The notes under the pieces were generated by a model that ran no database searches, had not been told where the DNA came from, and saw nothing but the letters and a program-made list of their open reading frames with translations. This document shows, piece after piece, positions 30,939-41,763 of a DNA stretch of 64,000 nucleotides. This DNA comes from an uncultured Lachnospiraceae bacterium (lineage in GTDB: Bacteria; Bacillota; Clostridia; Lachnospirales; Lachnospiraceae). Positions within the stretch are counted from its first letter, which is position 1. Every line of letters starts with the position of its first letter. The translations under genes were made by a program, and so were the position numbers. The stretch covers positions 16,229 to 80,228 of the forward strand of contig CAJLUP010000001.1 in assembly GCA_905209865.1 (NCBI GenBank), given 5' to 3'.

Positions 30939-32297
30939 ATGAAAAAATTTACATTTATAGGAGCAGGATCTCTGGATTTTACCAAAGACCTTGTAAGAGA
31001 CATTCTTACATTCGAGGCGTTTCGGGATGCGGAATTGATGTTGATGGACATTGATCCGAAGCGCCTTGAATATGCGGTAAGAGGAGTACAGAAGATTGTT
31101 GACGCGGGCAATTATCCGGCAACAGTAAAGGGAACGCAGGATCGGAAAGAAGCGTTGAAAGATGCGGATGGCGTTCTGATTACAATTTTGCAGGGAGGTG
31201 TAGAAGTCTGGCGGCATGATATCGAAATTCCGAAAAAGTATAATGTCGATATCTGCGTAGGAGATACGCGCGGTCCATCCGGTATATTCCGGTTTTTAAG
31301 AACCGCTCCGGTACTTCTTGATATTATCAGAGATTGTGAAGAAGTATGTCCGAATGCGGTAGTTCTTAACTACACAAATCCGATGGCAATGCTTGTAAGT
31401 TATCTGCAGTCGATGTCTGATATGAATATTACAGGATTGTGCCACAGCGTACAGGGAACAGCGGAAATGCTTGCAAAATGGATCGGAGCGGAAGATAAAC
31501 AGGTTCGCTACACATGTGCGGGAATCAATCATCAGGCATTTTATCTTGATTTTAAAGTGGATGGAAAAGACGCTTACCCGGAGCTTTACAGGGCGATTGA
31601 AAGAGAGGAAGTGGCTGCTGAAGAACCTGTCAGAATCGAAATGTTTAAGAAATTAGGATACTTTAATACCGAGTCGTCAGGACATAATTCAGAGTATGTC
31701 GCGTGGTTCAGAAAACGTCCGGATCTGATCGAAAAATATTGTACTCACGGAACAGGATGGAATCCGGGTGCATACGGATACATCTTGGATGAATATTTAG
31801 GACGGGAAGACACATGGGAGAAGGAGTATACAGACTGGCTTGAAAATGGCGAGGTGGAACTTGAAAGAGGAGAAGAATATGCTTCCAATATTTTCAATGC
31901 GGTATTTGGCGATCATACACCTTATTTCTTTAACGGAAACCTGAAAAACCACGGCTACATCACGAATGTAAAACAGGGAGTATGTGTGGAAGTTCCGACG
32001 GTCGCAACAGAAGAAGGGATTGTTCCGATCAAACAGATCACGCTTCCCGACCACCTTGCAGTGCTCGTAAACAACTCGGCGCTGATTGAAGATCTGGCTG
32101 TGAAAGCGGCTATTGAAGGAGATCCGAATCTTGTATTTCAGGCTGTTTTATATGATCCGCTTACAAGCGCGGTGTGCAGTATGGATGAAATTCAGAACAT
32201 GGTTCAGGAAATGCTTGATAAAAATGCAGAATACTTAGGTTATTTTAAATCCTTGAAAATAAATATGGAGGTGCTACATGAAAAAGAGAATCGTTAG
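30939..32297 (+). CDS. GH4 NAD+-dependent glycosidase, alpha-galactosidase (MelA)-like
   Basis: FIGAGS, GDTRGPSG, NYTNPM, GLCHSV, GINH, TESSGHNSEY; ATG at 30939 after GGAGG. Confidence 0.88.
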   Translation: MKKFTFIGAGSLDFTKDLVRDILTFEAFRDAELMLMDIDPKRLEYAVRGVQKIVDAGNYPATVKGTQDRKEALKDADGVLITILQGGVEVWRHDIEIPKKYNVDICVGDTRGPSGIFRFLRTAPVLLDIIRDCEEVCPNAVVLNYTNPMAMLVSYLQSMSDMNITGLCHSVQGTAEMLAKWIGAEDKQVRYTCAGINHQAFYLDFKVDGKDAYPELYRAIEREEVAAEEPVRIEMFKKLGYFNTESSGHNSEYVAWFRKRPDLIEKYCTHGTGWNPGAYGYILDEYLGREDTWEKEYTDWLENGEVELERGEEYASNIFNAVFGDHTPYFFNGNLKNHGYITNVKQGVCVEVPTVATEEGIVPIKQITLPDHLAVLVNNSALIEDLAVKAAIEGDPNLVFQAVLYDPLTSAVCSMDEIQNMVQEMLDKNAEYLGYFKSLKINMEVLHEKENR

Positions 32298-33561
32298 TTT
32301 AATATTATGCGGAGTTATGGTATTTTCAGCGGTAGGATGTTCAGGCGGCGGAGAAGATAAGGCGGGAAAAGATGATGTTACGCTGACAATGTGGAGTCAT
32401 ATCAATGAACCGTGGAATGCGGCATATGAGGACGCAATCAAAGAATTTGAAGCCCAAAACAAGGGAATTCACATTAAACTTGAGACGTTCCCGTATGACG
32501 AGTTTGAATCGAAAGTGCAGACGGCTTTGATCGATGGAGAAGGCGGAGCTGATATTTATGAATTGTGGGGAGGCTGGGCGTTAGACTTCACTCCTTACGG
32601 AACATTGATGGAATTGCCTGAGGAAATGGCAGAAAAAGTGCGGGAAGAAAATTATGCGCCGACATATGGAGCGCTTGAGTATGAAGATAAAATGTACGGT
32701 ATCCCGTTAGAGTATAATATTGAGTACGGTGGAATGCTTGTAAACGATGCGCTTTTAGAAGCGAAGGAGCTTACTGTTCCGACGACATGGGCGGAGCTTA
32801 GAGAAACGGCTATAAAAGGAACAGAACATGACGGAAATATTTTCCAGTGCAAAGGATTTGATTTTGTTAACTGGGATTCCGTACCGTATTATTTCCTTGC
32901 TTTTATACTTCAGCAGGATGCGGATTATATGACGGATGACGGGAAATTCGACGTAACGACAGATGCAGCTAAGACTGCTTTTAACGAACTTGCGACGATG
33001 GTAACAGAAGACAAAGTTACAGATCTTGAAGGTCTGACAGGCGGAGCCGATATGGAAGGTTATCAGCAGTTATATGCAGGAAGAAATATGATGGTTCCAC
33101 GCGGTCCGTGGACGATTTCGGAAGGTGAGCAGTCATTTGGATTAAAACTCGGTACAGATTTTGATTATGTTGCAATGCCTCAGTATGGAAACAATCAAAA
33201 ATTTGCTTCAGAAAACGGATGGTCTCTGGCAGTCAGTGCAAGCTGTAAAGAGCAGGAAGCGGCGATAAAATTCCTTGAGTATCTGTATCAGGATGATGTT
33301 ATGTTAGAGCATAATATCCGCTGTACACAGATCCCGGCGAAAAAGAGTCTGGCTCAGAGCGAAGAATATAAGAAAGAAGTTCCGTATGCGGACATTCTTG
33401 TCGGAATTCTCGATCAGGGACAATTTATCGGAAGCTTTAATACAGACCGTTTGAAAGAAACGATCAATAATACATTTGTCGCATATTGCTCAGGTAAATA
33501 TGACTCGATTGATGCGGCAATGACAGATATGAATGAGAAACTGAATGGAATATTAGAGTAA
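32278..33561 (+). CDS. Sugar ABC transporter substrate-binding lipoprotein
   Basis: Lipobox AVGC; SBP_bac_1-like PTTWAEL. Confidence 0.9.
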   Translation: MKKRIVSLILCGVMVFSAVGCSGGGEDKAGKDDVTLTMWSHINEPWNAAYEDAIKEFEAQNKGIHIKLETFPYDEFESKVQTALIDGEGGADIYELWGGWALDFTPYGTLMELPEEMAEKVREENYAPTYGALEYEDKMYGIPLEYNIEYGGMLVNDALLEAKELTVPTTWAELRETAIKGTEHDGNIFQCKGFDFVNWDSVPYYFLAFILQQDADYMTDDGKFDVTTDAAKTAFNELATMVTEDKVTDLEGLTGGADMEGYQQLYAGRNMMVPRGPWTISEGEQSFGLKLGTDFDYVAMPQYGNNQKFASENGWSLAVSASCKEQEAAIKFLEYLYQDDVMLEHNIRCTQIPAKKSLAQSEEYKKEVPYADILVGILDQGQFIGSFNTDRLKETINNTFVAYCSGKYDSIDAAMTDMNEKLNGILE

Positions 33562-33656
33562 TGTATATCGGCTGTCGCAGATCAGACATGAGAAGAACTA
33601 TGAAAGACGAGAGCAACAGATGTGAAGCGGCAGCCTGATTCACAAGGGGGTACGCC

Positions 33657-34532
33657 ATGAAAAACAAAAAGTTTGTAGGGACGGTTATGATACCGGCTAT
33701 GCTGCATATGTTTATATTTATTGTTATCCCAATCGTGATCGGCCTTGTGATTTCGTTCTTTAACTATAATCCACTTAGTTCGGATAATAAATTTATAGGA
33801 CTAGAAAACTTTGTGAGGCTTGCTCAGGACGCGGATTTTCGTAAGGCACTTATTAATACGTTAGTATTTGTACTTGTTACAGTTACTTTAAATATCGGGA
33901 TCGCTCTTGTCGTTGCACAGATGATCTCATGGTTCAAATCGAATAAGGTAAGAAGTTTTTTCAGGATGGTATTTTTCCTTCCGTGTATTGCGCCTATGGT
34001 TGCAACCTCTGTTGTATTTTCTCGTTCAATCTTTCCAACGACAACCGGATTTTTGAATGTGGCGCTTAATAAAATAGGGATCGATTCGATCAACTGGCTC
34101 GGAGATCCGAAAGTAGTCATGATCTCTCTGATTATTTATACCATTTGGGTGGATGTCGGATATAATATTATTTTGTTTTCAGCAGGAATAGACGGAATCC
34201 CTTCTTATGTATATGAAGCAGCAGATCTGGATGGGGCGAGCGAATGGGTGAAATTCCGTAAGATTACATGGCCGCTGCTTGGAAGAAGTTTTCAGTTTGT
34301 GATCGTACAAACATTGATTTCACATTTCCAGATGTTTGCACAGTTTGCGGTACTCATTTTAAAAGACGGACCTCAAAATTCGGGACTTGTGCTCTCAAGA
34401 TATATTTATAAGATGGCGTTTGAATATAAAGATATGGGATATGCATCTGCCGTTTCGCTTGTGCTGTTTGTTATTATCATGACGCTGTCTTTGATCGAAC
34501 AGAAGAAGAGCTCGGTAGACTGGGAATATTAG
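33657..34532 (+). CDS. Sugar ABC transporter permease
   Basis: FIGLENF; EAA loop YEAADLDGA. Confidence 0.92.
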   Translation: MKNKKFVGTVMIPAMLHMFIFIVIPIVIGLVISFFNYNPLSSDNKFIGLENFVRLAQDADFRKALINTLVFVLVTVTLNIGIALVVAQMISWFKSNKVRSFFRMVFFLPCIAPMVATSVVFSRSIFPTTTGFLNVALNKIGIDSINWLGDPKVVMISLIIYTIWVDVGYNIILFSAGIDGIPSYVYEAADLDGASEWVKFRKITWPLLGRSFQFVIVQTLISHFQMFAQFAVLILKDGPQNSGLVLSRYIYKMAFEYKDMGYASAVSLVLFVIIMTLSLIEQKKSSVDWEY

Positions 34533-34543
34533 GAGGCGTAGTT

Positions 34544-35380
34544 ATGAAAATGTTAAAAGACAAAAAGAACAGAAAATTAAGAATCATTTCATTTGTGATT
34601 TTGTTTTTGGCAGCAATTCTGTTTCTTGCGCCGTACTTTTGGATGCTTTCTAATTCGTTTAAATCAACGAAAGAGATTTTGCTGGAACCTACGAATATGC
34701 TGCCGAAGCAGTTTACACTTGACGGGTATGTGAAAGTGTTGACCGAGTCCCCATTTTTCAGGTGGATGGCAAACTCGCTTTTTGTGACGATTATAGATAC
34801 GATTGTTGTTTTGTTTACAAGTTCTTTGATCGGATTCGTGTTATCGAAATACAGATTCAAATTGAATAAAGCGTTGTTTTATGTCATATTGATCACAATG
34901 ATGATGCCGACAGCGGCGATGATGATCCCGAATTTTCTGCTTATCTCAAAGCTGGGATGGTATGATAAGATCATTTCGCTTGTTGTGCCTACGTTTGTGA
35001 ATGCATTTGGAATTTTTCTGTGCAAACAGTTTATTGACGATATGCCGAAGGAACTTTTTGAGTGTGCGATGCTCGATAATGCAGGACCTTTTACGATCTA
35101 TAGGAAAATCGTGCTCCCGGGGATACGCCCGGCGCTTGGAAGTTTGACGATCTTTACGTTTTTGGGACTTTGGAATGACTATCAGACACCGTTGATCTAT
35201 TTGAACAGTTCGGAAAATATGACGCTGCCGCTTGCGATGTCGTATTTTTCAACGCAGCATTTGTCAGATCTTTCGGCGACGATGGCTGCGGCCTCTCTTA
35301 TTATGATTCCGGCGTCAATCGTATTTATTATCTTCCAGAAGCAGTTCATTAAAGGAATTACGATGACGGGAATGAAATAA
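34544..35380 (+). CDS. Sugar ABC transporter permease
   Basis: NSFKS, ECAMLDNA EAA-like loop, WNDY, FQKQFIKG. Confidence 0.92.
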   Translation: MKMLKDKKNRKLRIISFVILFLAAILFLAPYFWMLSNSFKSTKEILLEPTNMLPKQFTLDGYVKVLTESPFFRWMANSLFVTIIDTIVVLFTSSLIGFVLSKYRFKLNKALFYVILITMMMPTAAMMIPNFLLISKLGWYDKIISLVVPTFVNAFGIFLCKQFIDDMPKELFECAMLDNAGPFTIYRKIVLPGIRPALGSLTIFTFLGLWNDYQTPLIYLNSSENMTLPLAMSYFSTQHLSDLSATMAAASLIMIPASIVFIIFQKQFIKGITMTGMK

Positions 35381-35435
35381 CGTAAAATATATCAAAAGAG
35401 AATTATAAAGATAAAATCAAAGGGGGTGATCCTGC

Positions 35436-36500
35436 ATGGAATTAGAAAAGTTTGATCCTGTCTGTGCCGCAGTGCTGAAAAAGACGGAAATTGATAAGCC
35501 GGCATATCCGGTGATAGATTTTCATATGCACATGGGAAAAATGCTGTTAGGGGAATCGTATGAAACAGAGTATGATACGCAGGAGTATGTAAGGGAACTG
35601 AAAGAATCCGGCGTTGTATGCGCTGTAAACATGGATGGCTATTTCGGACAAGAACTGAAAAAGATGCAAAAGAAACAAGAAGGGTTCGAGGAAATGTTTT
35701 TCAATTTTATGCAGCTTGATTTTTCTGCATATGATGAGCCTGATTTTTGTAATAGGACAGAAACGGTTATAGAAGAATCGTACAGACAGGGCTGTCGGGG
35801 AATTAAGTTGTGGAAAGATCTTTCGCTGTGGAAGCGGGATAAATACGGCAAGCCGATCCGTACAGATGATCCTCGTTTTGATATCATCTATGATACGGCG
35901 GCAAAACTGCATATTCCGGTATTGATGCATATTGCCGATCCGGCGGCGTTTTTTACTCCGAAGAGTGAGAGGAATGAACGCTGGGAAGAGCTTGATGTCT
36001 GTCCGGAGTGGGATTTTTCAGATCGTGAAACATATATGAGCTTTGAAGAACTTATGCAAATGCAGGAGAATACAGTGCGCAGCCATCCGAAAACAACGTT
36101 TGTGATCGCTCATGTCGGAAGTTATGCGGAAGATTTGGGTTGGGTGAGCGCGCAGCTGGAGAAATATCCGAATATGTATATTGATGTTGCGGCGCGTCTG
36201 GCGGAGATTGGACGAGTGCCTTACAGCGCGCGGGAGTTTTTTGTGAAGCATCAGGATCGGATCTTGTTCGGTACAGACTGTACGCCGCTTAGTATGGGAT
36301 GTCATAAGATTTATTATCGTTTCTTTGAGACGAAAGACGAGTATTTTCCGTATCAGCCGGAAGGAGAACTTCCGGGTCAGGGAAGATGGGCGATCTATGG
36401 GATCGGACTGGAGGACGAAATATTGAGAAAAATTTACTACAAAAATGCGTGTAAGGTTCTTTCCCTTGACGAAAGCAGATTTGCGGGAGGTGTGAGATGA
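35436..36500 (+). CDS. Amidohydrolase_2-family metal-dependent hydrolase
   Basis: DFHMH, GIKLWK, VLMH, IAH, ILFGTD, NA. Confidence 0.85.
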   Translation: MELEKFDPVCAAVLKKTEIDKPAYPVIDFHMHMGKMLLGESYETEYDTQEYVRELKESGVVCAVNMDGYFGQELKKMQKKQEGFEEMFFNFMQLDFSAYDEPDFCNRTETVIEESYRQGCRGIKLWKDLSLWKRDKYGKPIRTDDPRFDIIYDTAAKLHIPVLMHIADPAAFFTPKSERNERWEELDVCPEWDFSDRETYMSFEELMQMQENTVRSHPKTTFVIAHVGSYAEDLGWVSAQLEKYPNMYIDVAARLAEIGRVPYSAREFFVKHQDRILFGTDCTPLSMGCHKIYYRFFETKDEYFPYQPEGELPGQGRWAIYGIGLEDEILRKIYYKNACKVLSLDESRFAGGVR

Positions 36501-37474
36501 GACGGTATTTAAGCGTTGACTGCGGCGGAACGAAGACGGCGTTCCTCTTATGCCGTGAGACGGGAGAATTGGAGGCTGCGTGTACATTAGGTCCGGGCAA
36601 TTATATGGTGAATGGGATCGATCATGTTCTGTCAGTGTTAAAAGACGGCATTTTGCAGATCTGCTGTCAGGCCGGGATTGCACAAAGTGAGATTACACAT
36701 AGTTTTATAGCAATCGCAGGTTTTAAGGATATCCCGTCGGATGTGCCGATTCTCACACGTCTTGTGCAGGAAACGTTTCCGAGAATGGCGATAACACTAG
36801 GTAACGATACGGAAAATGCGCTGGCGGGATCGCTTCTTGGGAAACAGGGGATTCACGTTATTGCAGGAACGGGATCGATCGGCCTTGGGTTTGATAAAGA
36901 CGGACGTTATGTGCGAAGCGGAGGATGGCATCATCTTTTTGGAGGAGATGAAGGCAGTGGTTACTGGATCGGATGTCAGTTGATCCGGCATTTTACGATG
37001 CAGGCGGATGGAAGAGAAGAAAAAACCGCTATGTTTGATTACATTTTAACAAAATATCATCTTGCGTGTCCTGAAGACATTCTTAAGCTCGTCATTAACG
37101 AGTGGAAAGGGGAACGGGATAAGCTGGCTTCTATGTCTAAGGATGCATATGAGCTTGCGGAACAAGGCGACGCTGCTGCGGCAGATATTTTCAAAAGTGC
37201 GGCTCGTGAACTTGCAAAGGTTGTAAAAGGCGTATACCGAAACGGACATTTTGATACTCCGGTCTATGTGTCTTATTCAGGCGGCGTGTTCAAAGCGATG
37301 AAATATATAAAAGAAACTATGGAAAAAGAACTTCAGGACGTTTCATGCGTTTTTACAGAACCGTGTCTTCTGCCGTCTGCGGGCGGAATTATACTGGCAT
37401 GCAGGGAAGACGGATATGAGGTGAGCGAACAGATGATTGACAATCTGCGCAAGGCACAGTATATGCGTGTATAA
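36497..37474 (+). CDS. BadF/BadG/BcrA/BcrD-type sugar kinase (GlcNAc kinase-like)
   Basis: VDCGGTKT, ND, IAGTGS, GGW..LFGGDEGSGYWIG, GGVF. Confidence 0.85.
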   Translation: MRRYLSVDCGGTKTAFLLCRETGELEAACTLGPGNYMVNGIDHVLSVLKDGILQICCQAGIAQSEITHSFIAIAGFKDIPSDVPILTRLVQETFPRMAITLGNDTENALAGSLLGKQGIHVIAGTGSIGLGFDKDGRYVRSGGWHHLFGGDEGSGYWIGCQLIRHFTMQADGREEKTAMFDYILTKYHLACPEDILKLVINEWKGERDKLASMSKDAYELAEQGDAAAADIFKSAARELAKVVKGVYRNGHFDTPVYVSYSGGVFKAMKYIKETMEKELQDVSCVFTEPCLLPSAGGIILACREDGYEVSEQMIDNLRKAQYMRV

Positions 37475-37480
37475 AATGAT

Positions 37481-38902
37481 ATGAAAAAAATAAAAGAAAA
37501 ATATATCGGAAACAAGGCTTTTTATACAATGGTTATGGCGATCGCGATTCCGATCATGGTGCAGAACGGACTTACGAATTTTGTGAATCTGCTGGATAAC
37601 ATTATGGTCGGAAGACTTGGGACAGAGCAAATGTCGGGAGTCTCGATTGTCAATCAGATTATTTTTGTGTATGATCTGTGTATTTTTGGCGGGGTTGCCG
37701 GGGTGGGAATTTTCACCGCGCAATATTTTGGACAGAAAAATGACGAGGGAATACGCAGTACGTTTCGCTATAAGTTTTGGCTGGCGCTGATCATTACTGT
37801 CGGCGCCGTTTTTGTTTTTTTATTTTTTGGAAAAGAACTGATTCTTTTGTATTTGACTGGGGAGAACGGTGGTAGTTCAGGAGCGACGTTGAAGTACGGT
37901 ATGGCGTATATGAGGATTGTTCTACTGTATTTTCCGGCGTTTATGATCTTACAGATCTATGCAAGTACGATGCGCGAATGCGGAGAAACAGTTGTGCCTA
38001 TGAAAGCCGGAATCATGGCGGTGGCAGTTAATCTTATTTTGAATTATCTGCTTATATATGGAAAGTTTGGATTTCCAAGGCTCGGTGTGGCTGGGGCTGC
38101 TGTGGCGACCGTAATGTCTCGCTATGTAGAGGCGGCGGCCGTTGTGATTTGGGCGCATACTCATACTGAAACAAATACATATATGAAAGGCATTTACAGA
38201 ACAATGTCCATCCCCAGCCATCTTGTGAAAAAATATTTTGTGAAGGGAATGCCGCTTTTGCTGAACGAGGCGTTGTGGTCTTTTGGGATGGCCGTGCTGG
38301 TGCAAAATTATTCGGTGAGAGGTTTGACGGTAATTGCGGCAATGAATATTGCAGATACGATCAATAACCTTTTCAGTGTTATTTTTGCGGCGATGGGAGA
38401 ATCGGTGGCTATTATAGTAGGGCAGGTTCTTGGATCCGGAGATATGAAAAAGGCAAGGGATACGGATAATAAGATGATTGCGTGTTGCATTTTTATCAGT
38501 TTTACAGTATCTGTCTTACTGTTTCTTTGCGCACCGTTTTTCCCGCGGATTTATAATACGACAAATGCTGTGCGTACGGCGGCGATGGGGCTTATTTTGG
38601 CGCAGGCGGTGTTTACCCCGCAGAATGCGTTTTTGAATGCCGCTTACTTTACGCTTCGGGCAGGCGGAAAAACAGGGATTACTTTTTTCTTTGACTGTGT
38701 ATTCCTTTGGTGCGTGAACGTTCCGGTCGTTTTTGTTTTGTGCCGATACACAAGTCTTGCTCCGTGGGCTGTTTACAGCGCGATGCAGATTGGAGAGTGG
38801 CTGAAATGTATTGCGGGCGCGGTCATGGTGAAAAAGGGAGTGTGGCTTCAGAATCTGACCGGAAGCAGGGAGATGAAAGTGAGAACTTCTGTGGAAAAAT
38901 GA
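37481..38902 (+). CDS. MATE family efflux transporter
   Basis: DNIMVGRLG, AQYFG, LGVAGAAVAT; about 12 TM segments. Confidence 0.9.
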   Translation: MKKIKEKYIGNKAFYTMVMAIAIPIMVQNGLTNFVNLLDNIMVGRLGTEQMSGVSIVNQIIFVYDLCIFGGVAGVGIFTAQYFGQKNDEGIRSTFRYKFWLALIITVGAVFVFLFFGKELILLYLTGENGGSSGATLKYGMAYMRIVLLYFPAFMILQIYASTMRECGETVVPMKAGIMAVAVNLILNYLLIYGKFGFPRLGVAGAAVATVMSRYVEAAAVVIWAHTHTETNTYMKGIYRTMSIPSHLVKKYFVKGMPLLLNEALWSFGMAVLVQNYSVRGLTVIAAMNIADTINNLFSVIFAAMGESVAIIVGQVLGSGDMKKARDTDNKMIACCIFISFTVSVLLFLCAPFFPRIYNTTNAVRTAAMGLILAQAVFTPQNAFLNAAYFTLRAGGKTGITFFFDCVFLWCVNVPVVFVLCRYTSLAPWAVYSAMQIGEWLKCIAGAVMVKKGVWLQNLTGSREMKVRTSVEK

Positions 38903-38911
38903 AGAAAAGCA

Positions 38912-38940
38912 TTGACATTTCTGTATGTACATTGTAAAGT
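38912..38940 (+). promoter_or_regulatory. Putative sigmaA promoter of the metK leader
   Basis: TTGACA, 17 bp, TAAAGT just upstream of the riboswitch. Confidence 0.65.
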
Positions 38941-38975
38941 CTTGTTTGGAACAAATAATTGAATAAAAATACTTT

Positions 38976-39073
38976 CTCTTATTCAGAGCAGTGGAGATAC
39001 AAAGGATCTGAGAAGCTGCGGCAACCCCTGAGCAGGAAGGTGCCAACCTGAGCGAGTCATCGAACAATAAGAG
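38976..39073 (+). ncRNA. SAM-I (S-box) riboswitch
   Basis: P1 CTCTTATT / AATAAGAG, conserved AGAG..GGAG, GGCAACC, GGTGCCAA; upstream of metK and followed by a terminator. Confidence 0.88.
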
Positions 39074-39089
39074 GATTGTTGTGATAGAG

Positions 39090-39117
39090 AAACAGTCCGC
39101 TTTTGCGGGCTGTTTTT
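39090..39117 (+). terminator. Riboswitch expression-platform terminator
   Basis: AAACAGTCCGC TTTT GCGGGCTGTTTTT. Confidence 0.8.
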
Positions 39118-39284
39118 ATTTCATAGGAACTGTGTTCCGTGAAATAAAAACGCTCCGCGAGGATTGCACTGCGGCGGATAGGAATTATGTTGCTGAAGCA
39201 ACCCGCCGCAGGCGGAGAATTCTGCAGGCAGAATTCTTTCTTGATCATAAAGAAATAGAGAAAGTGGATGAAAGGAGAACGGTT

Positions 39285-40478
39285 ATGGAAAGAGAAAAGA
39301 TTTTATTTACTTCTGAGTCAGTTACAGAAGGACATCCGGATAAGATGTGCGATCAGATCTCGGATGCGATTTTAGACGCGCTTATGGAGCAAGATCCGAT
39401 GAGCCGTGTTGCCTGTGAGACATGTTGTACGACAGGCGTCGTAATGGTTATGGGTGAGATCACGACAAAGGCATATGTAGATATTCCGAAGATTGTGCGC
39501 GATACAGTTCGTGAGATCGGATATACGAGAGGAAAATACGGATTCGATGCGGATACGTGCGGTGTGATCACAACGATCGACGAGCAGTCTTCAGATATTG
39601 CAATGGGCGTTGACAAAGCGCTTGAAGCAAAAGAGCATAAAATGTCAGAAGATGATATTGAAGCGATCGGAGCAGGAGATCAGGGAATGATGTTCGGTTA
39701 TGCATCCGATGAAACAGAAGAATATATGCCGTACCCGGTGGCAATGGCACATAAACTTGCGCGCCGTCTGACAGAAGTGAGAAAGAACGGAACACTGCCG
39801 TACCTTCGTCCGGATGGGAAAACACAGGTAACTGTGGAATATGATGAGAACGGTGTTCCAAAACGTCTGGATGCGGTTGTTCTTTCTACGCAGCATGACC
39901 CGGAAGTGACGCAGGAACAGATCCATGAAGATATTAAGAAATATGTCTTTGATGAAATGATTCCGGCGCATATGACAGATGATGAAACGAAATTTTTCAT
40001 TAATCCGACAGGCCGTTTTGTAATCGGAGGACCTCATGGGGACAGCGGTTTGACGGGCCGCAAGATCATCGTTGATACTTACGGCGGAATGGCGCGCCAC
40101 GGCGGCGGCGCTTTCTCGGGAAAGGACTGCACGAAGGTTGACCGTTCTGCGGCATATGCAGCACGTTATGCGGCGAAGAATGTCGTGGCGGCAGGACTGG
40201 CGAAACGTTGTGAGATTCAGCTCTCCTATGCGATTGGCGTAGCACAGCCGACATCTGTATCGGTAGATACATTCGGTACGGGAAAGGTTTCGGATACAAA
40301 ACTTGTAGAGATCATCCGTGAGAACTTTGATTTCCGTCCGGCAGGAATTATTAAAATGCTGGATCTGCGCAGACCGATCTACAAACAGACTGCGGCGTAT
40401 GGACATTTCGGAAGATTGGATGTTGAACTTCCGTGGGAAAAACTGGATAAAGTTGACGATCTGAAAAAATATCTTTAG
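39285..40478 (+). CDS. metK: S-adenosylmethionine synthetase
   Basis: [31 protein letters not shown] at 39285 after AAAGGAG. Confidence 0.97.
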   Translation: MEREKILFTSESVTEGHPDKMCDQISDAILDALMEQDPMSRVACETCCTTGVVMVMGEITTKAYVDIPKIVRDTVREIGYTRGKYGFDADTCGVITTIDEQSSDIAMGVDKALEAKEHKMSEDDIEAIGAGDQGMMFGYASDETEEYMPYPVAMAHKLARRLTEVRKNGTLPYLRPDGKTQVTVEYDENGVPKRLDAVVLSTQHDPEVTQEQIHEDIKKYVFDEMIPAHMTDDETKFFINPTGRFVIGGPHGDSGLTGRKIIVDTYGGMARHGGGAFSGKDCTKVDRSAAYAARYAAKNVVAAGLAKRCEIQLSYAIGVAQPTSVSVDTFGTGKVSDTKLVEIIRENFDFRPAGIIKMLDLRRPIYKQTAAYGHFGRLDVELPWEKLDKVDDLKKYL

Positions 40479-40520
40479 TCGTAGACCAAAAACGGTTGCA
40501 GCATGTGAAATGCAGCAAGG

Positions 40521-40568
40521 CCGCTGCCCGGACATGGAGAGCATGAATGGGCGGCGGTTTCTTTTTTT
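40521..40568 (+). terminator. Terminator after metK
   Basis: CCGCTGCCC / GGGCGGCGG stem followed by TTCTTTTTTT. Confidence 0.6.
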
Positions 40569-40707
40569 GAAGAAGTGAATTTTGAAGACAAGGTGAAAAA
40601 AGGCGGGGCAGGCTTTGTTTATAAAAAGTTTCGTTGAAGAAGCAGTGTCATGACGGTATAATAATATTATCACGCGAAAGCGAGAATCTGTTTTGGGAGG
40701 AGCGCTT

Positions 40708-41763
40708 ATGAAACTTAAGACAAAATTGATCGTGGCATTTATGTCTGTTATGATCCTGCCTATGATCTTTATGACGGTCGTGATGCATACATTTGCACCG
40801 CGGGAGGTGGGAGAACTTCAGCAGCTTTATATGATCGTTGTATTTATTACGACGACGATGCTGATCTATTGGATCTACCGTTCGGTTTCGCTTCCTTTGG
40901 CAAAACTTCAAAAGGCGGCAAGAAATATCAAAGAGGGCAACCTTGATTTTGAGATCAGGCAGGAATCAGACGACGAGATCGGGCAGCTCTGTCAGGACTT
41001 TGAGGAAATGAGGCTCAGGCTGAAAGCCAATGCAGAAGAAAAAGTAGCATTTGACAGGGAGAACAAAGAGCTGATCAGTAACATTTCTCATGATCTGAAG
41101 ACGCCGATCACTGCCATAAAAGGATATGTAGAAGGCATCATGGACGGGGTTGCCGACACACCGGAAAAGATGGACAGATACATTAAGACAATCTATAATA
41201 AAGCAAATGAGATGGATCTGCTTATTAATGAGCTGACTCTTTATTCAAAGATCGATACGAACCGTATCCCGTATAATTTTACGACAATATCTGCGAAAGA
41301 TTATTTCGGAGACTGCGGAGAGGATCTTCACATGGAGCTTGAGTCGAAGGGGGTAGAGTTTACCTATCGAAACGACATGGAAGAAGACTGTAAAGTGATC
41401 GTTGATCCGGAGCAGCTTAGAAGAGTTATTAACAATATTGTGTCTAATTCTTTAAAATATATGGATAAACCGAACGGAAAGGTTACGATGGAAGTAAAAG
41501 ATGTCGGTGATTTTATTCAGATTGAATTAGGCGATAACGGCAAGGGCATTGCGGCGAAGGATCTGCCGTACATTTTTGATCGCTTTTACCGGACGGATGC
41601 TTCCAGAAATTCATCAAAGGGAGGAAGCGGAATCGGGCTTTCGATCGTGAAGAAGATCGTGGAAGAGCACGGAGGCAATATATGGGCGACCAGTGAAGAG
41701 GGCGCCGGAACAACAATGTATTTTGTAATCAGAAAATATCAGGAGGTATCGATTGATGAGTAA
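40708..41763 (+). CDS. HAMP-domain sensor histidine kinase
   Basis: Two short TMs, HAMP, SHDLKTP, N box, DNGKG, GSGIGL. Confidence 0.93.
   Translation: MKLKTKLIVAFMSVMILPMIFMTVVMHTFAPREVGELQQLYMIVVFITTTMLIYWIYRSVSLPLAKLQKAARNIKEGNLDFEIRQESDDEIGQLCQDFEEMRLRLKANAEEKVAFDRENKELISNISHDLKTPITAIKGYVEGIMDGVADTPEKMDRYIKTIYNKANEMDLLINELTLYSKIDTNRIPYNFTTISAKDYFGDCGEDLHMELESKGVEFTYRNDMEEDCKVIVDPEQLRRVINNIVSNSLKYMDKPNGKVTMEVKDVGDFIQIELGDNGKGIAAKDLPYIFDRFYRTDASRNSSKGGSGIGLSIVKKIVEEHGGNIWATSEEGAGTTMYFVIRKYQEVSIDE

Noticed and set aside
39081..39284. N-terminal extension of MetK in the ORF track
   Set aside because: Runs through the riboswitch terminator; the real start is ATG 39285 with an AAAGGAG RBS.
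39645..40673. Long antisense ORFs (also 22003-23013, 19012-19860, 1339-2067, 59275-60021)
   Set aside because: All lie opposite well-supported genes and show no protein motifs; codon-bias shadows.
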